From Candidatus Aminicenantes bacterium (lineage in GTDB: Bacteria; Acidobacteriota; Aminicenantia; Aminicenantales; Aminicenantaceae), in NCBI GenBank assembly GCA_030607635.1, contig JAUWJP010000012.1, forward strand, positions 1 to 16,198: 16,198 nucleotides of DNA, given 5' to 3'. Within the stretch, counting starts at the first letter, position 1, and each line of letters begins with the position of its first letter. The translations under genes and the position numbers were made by a program. The notes under the pieces are model-generated. The model made no database searches, had not been told where the DNA came from, and saw only the letters and a list, made by a program, of their open reading frames with translations. Positions 8,424-15,913 of this stretch are shown piece after piece.

Positions 8424-9368
8424 ATGAATCGAATCCTTATAACAGGAGGAGCCGGTTTTTTAGGCAGCCATCTTTGCGACTCTCTTTTAGAAACGGGGGC
8501 GGATGTGGTCTGTGTCGACAATTTTTTCTCGGGCTACAAAGATAATATCCGGCACCTCTTTTCCCACCCTTATTTCGAACTGATCCGCCACGACATCACC
8601 CATCCTCTCTTTTTGGAGGTTGATAAAATTTATAATCTCGCTTGCCCTGCCTCACCACTCCACTACCAGCACAATGCGATAAAAACGGTAAAGACCAGCG
8701 TCATGGGGACCATAAATATGCTGGGCTTGGCCAAGAGGATAAAAGCCCGCATCCTCCTAGCTTCTACCTCTGAAATTTACGGGAATCCGGCAGTTCACCC
8801 TCAACAAGAAAGTTACTGGGGAAACGTCAATCCTGTCGGTATTCGAAGCTGCTATGACGAAGGAAAAAGAGTGGCTGAAACGCTGATGATGGACTACCAC
8901 CGTCAGAACAACGTTGACACCAGAATAGTCCGTATATTTAACACCTACGGCCCGCGGATGGCCATAAATGACGGAAGGGTTGTCAGCAACTTTATCGTTC
9001 AGGCACTAAGAGGAGAACCAGTCACCGTTTACGGAGACGGAACTCAAACACGCTCCTTTTGCTATGTCTCAGACCTCATTGATGCTTTCATAATGACGAT
9101 GGATAAAGAAGGTTTTACACAGCCCGTGAACCTGGGAAATTCAGCAGAATCCACTATCCTTGAGTTAGCCGAAAAAATAATCAAACTCACCAAAAGCTCT
9201 TCCAAGATCATCCGCAAGCCTCTGCCCTCGGATGACCCTGTGCGCCGATGTCCGGATATCTCATTAGCCAAAGAAAAACTCGGCTGGCAGCCAAAAATAG
9301 GTTTAGAGGAGGGACTGCTCAAAACCATCGCCTACTTTAGAGAAAGATTGGACCTTAAGAAAAAATAG
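8424..9368 (+). CDS. uxs: UDP-glucuronate decarboxylase (UDP-xylose synthase, UXS-type short-chain dehydrogenase/reductase)
   Basis: It is near-collinear with UXS1-type enzymes: [54 protein letters not shown] and [10 protein letters not shown]. An AAGGAG RBS lies 9 nt upstream. Confidence 0.9.
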   Translation: MNRILITGGAGFLGSHLCDSLLETGADVVCVDNFFSGYKDNIRHLFSHPYFELIRHDITHPLFLEVDKIYNLACPASPLHYQHNAIKTVKTSVMGTINMLGLAKRIKARILLASTSEIYGNPAVHPQQESYWGNVNPVGIRSCYDEGKRVAETLMMDYHRQNNVDTRIVRIFNTYGPRMAINDGRVVSNFIVQALRGEPVTVYGDGTQTRSFCYVSDLIDAFIMTMDKEGFTQPVNLGNSAESTILELAEKIIKLTKSSSKIIRKPLPSDDPVRRCPDISLAKEKLGWQPKIGLEEGLLKTIAYFRERLDLKKK

Positions 9369-9455
9369 CCCCCCTTTCATCAGGAACAAATTTTACTTTG
9401 CTAAGTTTAAATAAAAAGACAGGTCTCGGCGTTAAAAATCTGAAGGGAGCTAGGC

Positions 9456-9509
9456 AAAAGAAAAATGGGGCCTGGCCCCATTTTTCTTTTGCTCCCATTT
9501 TTCTTTTTT
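9456..9509 (+). terminator. Strong palindromic intrinsic terminator. It has 17-nt perfect arms AAAAGAAAAATGGGGCC-t-GGCCCCATTTTTCTTTT, followed by a second copy of CCCATTTTTCTTTT. An A-tract upstream and a T-tract downstream make it potentially bidirectional.
   Basis: Read directly. It lies about 90 nt after the uxs stop. GC-rich core stem with flanking U/A runs. Confidence 0.8.
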
Positions 9510-9527
9510 CCTTAAGAGAGCGCCTTC

Positions 9528-9555
9528 TTGACAATAATAACTCTTCGCTATAACA
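9528..9555 (+). promoter_or_regulatory. Sigma70-like promoter for the flotillin operon: -35 TTGACA (9528-9533) and -10 TATAAC/ATAACA (9549-9555)
   Basis: Consensus -35 hexamer with 15-16 nt spacing to an A/T-rich -10. A leader of about 100 nt ends in the AGGAGG RBS (9650-9655) 7 nt before the ATG at 9663. Confidence 0.45.
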
Positions 9556-9662
9556 TTTCCGCTATCAGAGGATTTTAAGAAAAACGAGCAAATATTTATA
9601 ATTATGAATAATTCATCAAAATCCTGCCTTACCTTGAGAGGCTTAATTCCAAGGAGGTTATT

Positions 9663-11069
9663 ATGACCATCATACCCAAGCTGATCATATTAGGCATCAT
9701 ACTTATTTTCTTAGCCTTAATAATTCTTCTTATGGCCAAACAGTATCGAAAAGTCGGTCCCAATCAGGCTCTTATTATTTCTGGAGGAAGAAAGAGAACA
9801 GTGATCGCGCCTGACGGAACCAAGAAAAAAGTTGGCTATCGCTATCGTCTTGGAGGAGGCACCTTTGTCTTGCCCTTCATTGAAACCGTTGACATCTTGC
9901 CTATGGAAGTGATCACCTTGAATATTAAAACTCCAGAAGTTCTCACTCACGGAGGAGTTCCCCTCATGGCTGAATCCACTGCTCAGGTCAAGATAGATCC
10001 CTCGGACCACTCTATTCGCCTGGCCGCAGAGCAATTTTTGGGATTGGGAAAAGAAGGCATCAAGAGTGTCTCCATGACCATCCTCGAGGGAAAGATGAGA
10101 GAGGTCATAGGTGCCACGACCGTGGAGGAAATTTATACAGCAAGACACGAATTTTCAGCTAAAGTGATCCAGGCTGCTCATAAAGACTTTGCCCTGATGG
10201 GTTTGGTCATGATGTCCTTTGCCCTTAAAGACATAAGCGACACGCAGGGATACCTCGATGCCCTCGGAAAGCCACAGATAGCTGCAGCCAAACGGGACGC
10301 TGCAATCGCAGAAGCAGAAACAGAAAAGCAAGCCGTGGTCAAATCTTCAGAAGCTCGGAAGGAAGCAGAAGTGGCGCGCCTCGCTGCCGCAGCCCTCATC
10401 GCCAAAGCCGAGTGGGAAAACGAAGGAAAAAAGGCCGAGTCGCAGACTCTGGTCAACCAGAAAAAAGCACAAGCAGACCTCTCCTATGAACTTGAGCGCT
10501 TCCGTATCGACCAGGAAATAAAAAAGGAAGAAGCCAAGGTAAAAATTATAGAGAAGGAACAATCCATAAAGATAGAGGATTTAGAAATCGGCCGTAAGCA
10601 GAAAGAGCTTGAGTCCAGCGTTATCAAACCTTCTGACGCCCGCAAATACCAGCTAAAAGCCGAAGCAGAAGCAGAAGAATACCGCATCCTGGCTGAAGCC
10701 AGGGGAAAATCAGAAGCGACAAAACTCGAAGGTACTGCTGCAGCCGAAGAGCTCAAGCAACGAGGTTTAGCCGAGGCTGAAACAATGCTGAAAAAAGCTC
10801 AGGCCTGGGAAAAGTACGACAAGGCTGCTCTCTTTGATACTTATCTTAAACTCCTCCCTGACTTGGCCAAGGCCGTCTCCGAACCTCTTTCCAAGGTTGA
10901 TAAAATTGTGATTGTTGGAGGAGATAAAGGCCTGGGTACTTCAAAAATCACCGCCCAGGTAGCAGAAATCCTGGCTCAAATGCCAGAGGTAGTCAAGTCT
11001 CTGACAGGGATTGACCTGAAGAAATATTTCAAAGAGAAACTCACGCCTGAAGAGAAAGAAGAAGAATGA
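9663..11069 (+). CDS. floT: Flotillin-like SPFH/band-7 membrane scaffold protein (FloT/YuaG family)
   Basis: It has an N-terminal transmembrane helix, an SPFH core (GGGTFVLPFIETVDILPMEV, TPEV, GYLDALGKPQIAAAKRDA) and a long A/E/K-rich coiled-coil. It is collinear with B. subtilis FloT. Confidence 0.88.
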   Translation: MTIIPKLIILGIILIFLALIILLMAKQYRKVGPNQALIISGGRKRTVIAPDGTKKKVGYRYRLGGGTFVLPFIETVDILPMEVITLNIKTPEVLTHGGVPLMAESTAQVKIDPSDHSIRLAAEQFLGLGKEGIKSVSMTILEGKMREVIGATTVEEIYTARHEFSAKVIQAAHKDFALMGLVMMSFALKDISDTQGYLDALGKPQIAAAKRDAAIAEAETEKQAVVKSSEARKEAEVARLAAAALIAKAEWENEGKKAESQTLVNQKKAQADLSYELERFRIDQEIKKEEAKVKIIEKEQSIKIEDLEIGRKQKELESSVIKPSDARKYQLKAEAEAEEYRILAEARGKSEATKLEGTAAAEELKQRGLAEAETMLKKAQAWEKYDKAALFDTYLKLLPDLAKAVSEPLSKVDKIVIVGGDKGLGTSKITAQVAEILAQMPEVVKSLTGIDLKKYFKEKLTPEEKEEE

Positions 11070-11096
11070 TCATTCCCCAGGAAAAGTAGGTCAGTC

Positions 11097-13448
11097 ATGA
11101 TATCAGAAAAAGCTAGTCAAATCGGCATATCTCCCACTCTTAAAATATCAACCAAAGCCAAGGCAATGAAAGCCGAGGGAATAGACGTTGTTGACCTCAG
11201 TGTGGGAGAGCCAGACTTTCCCACTCCTGATAATGTAAAAGCGGCCGGTATCCAGGCCATTGAGCAAAATTTTACCAAGTATACAGCAAACGATGGAATT
11301 CCAACGCTGAAAGAAGCGATTATAAACCACCTGAAACAAGATTTTGGCCTCGCATACGCTCTGGATGAAATCATCGTCTCCTCAGGAGCAAAGAGCTCGC
11401 TTTACCATCTCGTTCAAGCGCTGATTGATGAAGGCGAAGAAGTCATCATCCCGGCTCCTTACTGGGTAACCTATCCCCATTCAGTCTCACTGGCTAAAGG
11501 AAAAGCCGTCATAATCCCTACCAAGGAAGAAAATGGATTTCTTCTGACGCCAGATCAGCTAAAGTCTGCCATCTCCCCTGCCACCAAGGCTTTGATACTT
11601 AACAATCCCTCCAATCCCACAGGAGCAGCCTACGAAAAACGCGATCTTGAAGCCCTGGCGGACATAGTTATGGAAGAAGATATCTTCGTTATCGCTGATG
11701 AGATCTATGAAAAAATCGTCTATGATGACTTTCGTTTTGTGAGTTTTGCTTCCCTGGGAGAGGAAATAAAAAAGAAAACAGTTATCATCAGCGGGGTCTC
11801 AAAATCTTACTCCATGACTGGATGGCGAATTGGATATGCAGCCGGCCCCGCAGAAATAATCAATGGCATGGCCAAAATCCAGAGCCACACTACCTCCAAT
11901 GCCTGCTCGATCTCTCAAAAAGCGAGTTTAGAAGCCTTGACCGGTCCCCAGTATGAAGTTTCCAAAATGACATCTGAGTTTCAGAGACGGAGAAATTATC
12001 TCTTGATGAGGATTCAGAGAATCCCTCATCTCTCCTGTTTCAAACCACAGGGAGCATTCTATCTTTTTCCTAATCTCTCCTCTTATTATGATAAAGAATT
12101 CAACAATGTCCAGATTCGAAACTCTTACGGCATGGCTTATTATCTTCTAAAAGAGGCTTTAGTAGCTATAGTTCCAGGAGATTCCTTTGGTGCCGATGAT
12201 TATATCCGTATTTCATATGCAACTTCCATGGAAAACCTGGAAAAAGGTATGGACAGGATCACACAGGCCCTCTCAAACCTTAAAACAGCTAAAAAAATCA
12301 AGCGCATATCTTTAGACAATACGATAACACGAAGAAAAAAATCAGTGCCCGTAGATTCCACAATCTCTGTCAAAATGAAGGATGCTCTGATCGCTGAAAT
12401 GGAAAGCCATCTCAGCTACGAAAACTATTTTGAATGGAACGCCAACATCAACGGCGTCATTGTTCAGCTGCGCACGAATGTCTCCCACCTCAATGATTTC
12501 TGGATCGAAAACTGGTACCCGGCTCAACTTGAAGCAGACCTGGAACCCCATGGCATCATATACGCTATCGACGGAATAACAGGACGCGAACCGCACTCTT
12601 TCTATAACTCAGAAACAAACACAGGAGTGCTCGTCAACACAGACAATTACGTTTCTCTGCGCAGTCTGGCTCTTGGTCTTGTCATGGACGGCTCCGAAAA
12701 GCTTTTTAATGTCCACACTATCCGGGGAATGTCGGCTGACATTGACGGAAGCGGTCTCGTCCTGATCGGGCCAAAAGGAACAAAAAAGACTGAACTTTTC
12801 TTCGCTCTTCTTCAAGATAAAAGATTCCGCTTGCACTCCAACGACATCATTTTCGTCCGCTTGGCAGGAGGCCCAGCCCTGGCTGATTCTGTCGAAAGAA
12901 AACTTTTTTCCCCGACAAACACTGTTGAATCCTATCCTCGCTTAGCTCCTCTTTTCGACTCAAGTAAATGTGAAAACGTAATTACGCTCAAAGAAGACTG
13001 CCAGGATTCAGAATGTCTTCGCATTGACGACTGCCGTCTTGACCGCGGCTCTCCCTATTGCTATAAAGCCTCCAAAGATTCCCATGCTCTTCTTGATCCG
13101 TATTGGATCGAGGGCCCAGCAAAGCACGTTAAGAGAACTTCTCTCCGTTGGGTATTCATCCTCCGCTATGATACAGTCTCTCCCCCTGTGGTGGAAGTCC
13201 AGGTTGAAGATGCCCTGCGCATTCTCGAGTCTGGACAGAGCCTGGGACTAACGCGCGGTCTCAGTCCCTCTAAAAGCCAGCCCTTTTTCAATCCCCATCT
13301 TTTGCCCACAACCCCTGAAAAGATGGAACTTCAGAGGAATTTTTTCGAGCGTCTTCTCGATAGCAGTTCCTGTTACCTCTTTAACAGCGGAAAGGCCTCA
13401 GTCGATGACCTCAAAAAAATTGTGACAGATGAGCCAAAAACAGAATAA
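11097..13448 (+). CDS. Fusion protein of 783 aa. The N-terminal ~395 aa are a class-I PLP-dependent aspartate aminotransferase. The C-terminal ~385 aa are an HprK/PEPCK-fold P-loop kinase-like domain with a Cys-rich segment.
   Basis: The AAT part carries GEPDFPTP, NNPSNPTGAAY and the PLP-lysine block SKSYSMTGWRIGYA, and ends about MDRITQALSNL. The C-terminal part contains GSGLVLIGPKGTKKTELFFALLQDKRFRLHSNDIIFV, which aligns with the HPr kinase C-domain pattern G-L-G-V-L-I-x-G-x-S-G-x-G-K-S-E...R-G-H-x-L-[IV]-[AS]-D-D. It also contains C-x9-C-x4-C-x5-C-x8-C (about 12965-13065). The reading frame is continuous with no stop between the domains. Confidence 0.8.
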   Translation: MISEKASQIGISPTLKISTKAKAMKAEGIDVVDLSVGEPDFPTPDNVKAAGIQAIEQNFTKYTANDGIPTLKEAIINHLKQDFGLAYALDEIIVSSGAKSSLYHLVQALIDEGEEVIIPAPYWVTYPHSVSLAKGKAVIIPTKEENGFLLTPDQLKSAISPATKALILNNPSNPTGAAYEKRDLEALADIVMEEDIFVIADEIYEKIVYDDFRFVSFASLGEEIKKKTVIISGVSKSYSMTGWRIGYAAGPAEIINGMAKIQSHTTSNACSISQKASLEALTGPQYEVSKMTSEFQRRRNYLLMRIQRIPHLSCFKPQGAFYLFPNLSSYYDKEFNNVQIRNSYGMAYYLLKEALVAIVPGDSFGADDYIRISYATSMENLEKGMDRITQALSNLKTAKKIKRISLDNTITRRKKSVPVDSTISVKMKDALIAEMESHLSYENYFEWNANINGVIVQLRTNVSHLNDFWIENWYPAQLEADLEPHGIIYAIDGITGREPHSFYNSETNTGVLVNTDNYVSLRSLALGLVMDGSEKLFNVHTIRGMSADIDGSGLVLIGPKGTKKTELFFALLQDKRFRLHSNDIIFVRLAGGPALADSVERKLFSPTNTVESYPRLAPLFDSSKCENVITLKEDCQDSECLRIDDCRLDRGSPYCYKASKDSHALLDPYWIEGPAKHVKRTSLRWVFILRYDTVSPPVVEVQVEDALRILESGQSLGLTRGLSPSKSQPFFNPHLLPTTPEKMELQRNFFERLLDSSSCYLFNSGKASVDDLKKIVTDEPKTE

Positions 13449-13475
13449 TCTAATAAAAGAAAATGCATAATTCCG

Positions 13476-15308
13476 ATGAATAACAAAGGAATTTACAATC
13501 ATGAAGCCTACAATAAATTCAAGGAGGAACTCCTTCGAGTCTTAAAGGGACCGAACATCAGAACCGTAGACCTCAAATGGATCGAGCCAAAAGCCAAAGC
13601 ATCGGGAGTGAAAACAAAGTTCGGATCCTACGGCTGGCGGGCAGCCATATCAAGCCGCATTGCCCCAAAAACTGTCTACTTAGGGAGTGAAGCAGCCCAC
13701 CTTCCCTCTCCCACAACAGAACAGCAAACTCTCATCTCCAGGGCGCCGGAAGAACTGGACAAGGTGCTCCATCTTCTGAGAACTCTTCCCTTCTACCACA
13801 TCCGGAGACAGATGGGAGAAAATGATTCCTATAACCCCATCTGCAATCTTTATGTTTCCGAAGCAGATCTTGTGAACTACCGCATCGGATTTATGTGGGG
13901 ACACACCATGTTCAAACCAGGAAAGCGTCCTGGCCCCGAGTTCATCATGATTCATATTCCGGAAGAGCATCTTCTGCGGCAGCAAATTCTTGCTCTGCCT
14001 GAAAAAAAAATTAATATCGCTCTGGGGACTGATTACTTGGGAGAAGATAAAAAAGGTTTTCTCCGCCAGGCTATGTGGTCTGCTGATGAGCTGGGCATGC
14101 TCGGTCTTCACGCCGGAACAAAGCTGGTTACGGTCAGAGATTCCAACAACAAGCTCAAAACCTATGGAGTATTTCTGTTTGGCCTGACAGCAACGGGAAA
14201 ATCCACCTGGTCCTGCCACAAACTCGGGCTTGATTATGATAAAGGCGAAAAGACCATAGTCTCCCAGGATGATATTGTTTTCTTGAAGACTGACGGATCT
14301 GCCCTGGGGACAGAAGACAACTTCTTTGTGAAAACAGATGTTGAACAAGAAAGCCAGGAAGCGATGTACAACGCTCTAACCGACAAATCTGCGCTGTTTG
14401 AAAACGTCATGATCAAAGCCGATGGGGAAGTCGATTTTCTCGATGAACCTCTTACGGCAAACGGAAGGGCAGTTCTGAGGCGCGATAAACTCAAGGTCAA
14501 GATAAAGGGAAAAACGGTTGGCATCTACTCTAAATCTATCAACCTCCCTCCTCTTAAAGAACTTGACGGTCTTGTCTTTGCTTTCATCACTCGAAGAAAT
14601 ACGATCATGAGTTTTGCCCAGGAGTTGACCCCGGAACAAGCTGTGCTTGCCTATCTCTGGGGAGAAAGCACTCACAGCTATGCCAGCCAGCCCCTCAAAG
14701 CCGGTGAATCAGTGCGCATTGTCGGAACCGATCCTTTCATCGTCGGGCCCAGAGCTAAAAAAATCAACCGCTTCTATGAAATAATCATGACCCTTGTCAG
14801 CAACTACCCGGGAAAACTCAAATTCATGCAGTACAACACAGGGGGACTTGGAGAGATTATCGAAACTCATGAAGAAAACGGTCAAACGAAAAAAAGATTG
14901 GTGCGCAAGGTGAGCCGTGTTCCCATCAATCTTATGGCTCAAATCCAGAGGGGGGATTTAAGGGGAACCAACCACTATGAGAAAGGACTGCTCGCAACCA
15001 AGGAAATAAGGCTCTGCGAAGGAAAGAGTCTAGATGAATACGCCCTCCGCAACTTCTACTCTGAGGAGCAGGTTCAACACTATATAAAGGATTTAGTGGC
15101 AGGCAGACGGAAGTTTACGGAGGAAGTTTCCTCTGAAGGACTCAGAGAAGAAATTCTTTATGCAGCAGAACGATCCTTCCGTATCGATAAAAGTGAAAAA
15201 AAAGAAAAGGCACCTGTACTTGAAAGCCCGGCTGCGGAGGAGAAGCCTATCACGTTCAGGGAATCCAAATCCAGACCGCGCAGGGAGAGGTTCTGGCGGT
15301 CAAGGTAA
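13476..15308 (+). CDS. pckA: Divergent ATP-dependent phosphoenolpyruvate carboxykinase family protein of 610 aa, with a basic low-complexity C-terminal extension of about 60 aa
   Basis: Collinear with E. coli PckA: ALGTDYLGEDKKG (GGTWYGGEMKKG), GLHAG (SMHCS, metal His), FLFGLTATGKSTWS (kinase-1a GLSGTGKTTLS), VSQDDIVF (IGDDEHGW), EDNFFVKTD (EGGCYAKT), AMYNALTDKSALFENVMIKADGEVDF ([25 protein letters not shown]) and YNTGGLG (NTGWNG). The catalytic K/H/DD/GK[ST] residues are present. Confidence 0.78.
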   Translation: MNNKGIYNHEAYNKFKEELLRVLKGPNIRTVDLKWIEPKAKASGVKTKFGSYGWRAAISSRIAPKTVYLGSEAAHLPSPTTEQQTLISRAPEELDKVLHLLRTLPFYHIRRQMGENDSYNPICNLYVSEADLVNYRIGFMWGHTMFKPGKRPGPEFIMIHIPEEHLLRQQILALPEKKINIALGTDYLGEDKKGFLRQAMWSADELGMLGLHAGTKLVTVRDSNNKLKTYGVFLFGLTATGKSTWSCHKLGLDYDKGEKTIVSQDDIVFLKTDGSALGTEDNFFVKTDVEQESQEAMYNALTDKSALFENVMIKADGEVDFLDEPLTANGRAVLRRDKLKVKIKGKTVGIYSKSINLPPLKELDGLVFAFITRRNTIMSFAQELTPEQAVLAYLWGESTHSYASQPLKAGESVRIVGTDPFIVGPRAKKINRFYEIIMTLVSNYPGKLKFMQYNTGGLGEIIETHEENGQTKKRLVRKVSRVPINLMAQIQRGDLRGTNHYEKGLLATKEIRLCEGKSLDEYALRNFYSEEQVQHYIKDLVAGRRKFTEEVSSEGLREEILYAAERSFRIDKSEKKEKAPVLESPAAEEKPITFRESKSRPRRERFWRSR

Positions 15309-15314
15309 AAAGTT

Positions 15315-15875
15315 TTATTCCAACCTTTTCTCTATCTCCTCAGCTAAAAGATGAAGCAGGAGAAGATGAACCTCCTGAACCCGGGGAGTGCTCTCTGAAG
15401 ACACATCAAGGAGATAATCAACGAGAGAGCTGAGCTTTCCTCCTCCCTTTCCGGTGAAGGCCACGGTGAGCAATCCTCTTTCTTTAGCAATTTTCATGGC
15501 TTCCATTACGTTGGGTGAGTTTCCGCTTGTGGAAAGGCCCAGGACAACATCCTCTTTATCCCCAAGGGCTTCTATCTGGCGGCTGAAGACATAGTCGTAA
15601 GATATATCATTGGCGATAGACGTGAGGGAAGAAGTGTCTGTGGTTAAGGATATCGCTCGAATAGGAGCCCTTTCCTTTAGAAATTTATTCACAAGCTCTG
15701 CAGCAAAATGTTGAGCTTGGGCAGCGCTCCCGCCGTTACCAAAAATCAGAATCTTATGCCCGGCTTTTAGCTTTTCGACCGAGAGGCTCACAACTTTTTC
15801 GAAAAGATCACCCCTGGCTGCAAAAAAATCCTCGGCAATTTGTCTCCATTCCTCGATAACGTTTTGATAATCCAT
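15315..15875 (-). CDS. gmhA: D-sedoheptulose-7-phosphate isomerase (phosphoheptose isomerase, SIS domain)
   Basis: ILIFGNGGSAAQAQHFAAELV, LGLSTSGNSPNV..TGKGGGKL and the C-terminal VQEVHLLLLHLLAEEIEK align with GmhA. An AGGAGG RBS lies 4-5 nt before the ATG on the minus strand. Confidence 0.9.
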   Translation of the reverse strand: MDYQNVIEEWRQIAEDFFAARGDLFEKVVSLSVEKLKAGHKILIFGNGGSAAQAQHFAAELVNKFLKERAPIRAISLTTDTSSLTSIANDISYDYVFSRQIEALGDKEDVVLGLSTSGNSPNVMEAMKIAKERGLLTVAFTGKGGGKLSSLVDYLLDVSSESTPRVQEVHLLLLHLLAEEIEKRLE

Positions 15876-15913
15876 CTTCCCTCCTGGCTAATAATAAAGT
15901 TTCTTAAAAATTT

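Noticed and set aside
9717-10756. Several minus-strand ORFs of 71-143 aa (9717-10148, 10178-10456, 10347-10562, 10484-10756) overlapping the flotillin gene
   Set aside because: They are antisense to a confidently identified gene. Their A/S/F-rich translations are mirror artefacts of the flotillin A/E/K-rich coiled-coil region. No RBS or motifs.
10300-10760. Apparent repetitiveness (GCAGAAGC, GAAGCAGAA, AAAGCCGA motifs) within the flotillin gene, considered as a possible tandem repeat or CRISPR-like array
   Set aside because: It is only codon-level low complexity from the A/E/K-rich heptad region. There are no regularly spaced identical repeats or spacers.
13680-14942. Minus-strand ORFs (222, 96, 99 and 77 aa) inside the PEPCK-like gene
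   Set aside because: They are fully overlapped by a gene with strong family-wide collinearity on the other strand. No start context or domain signal.
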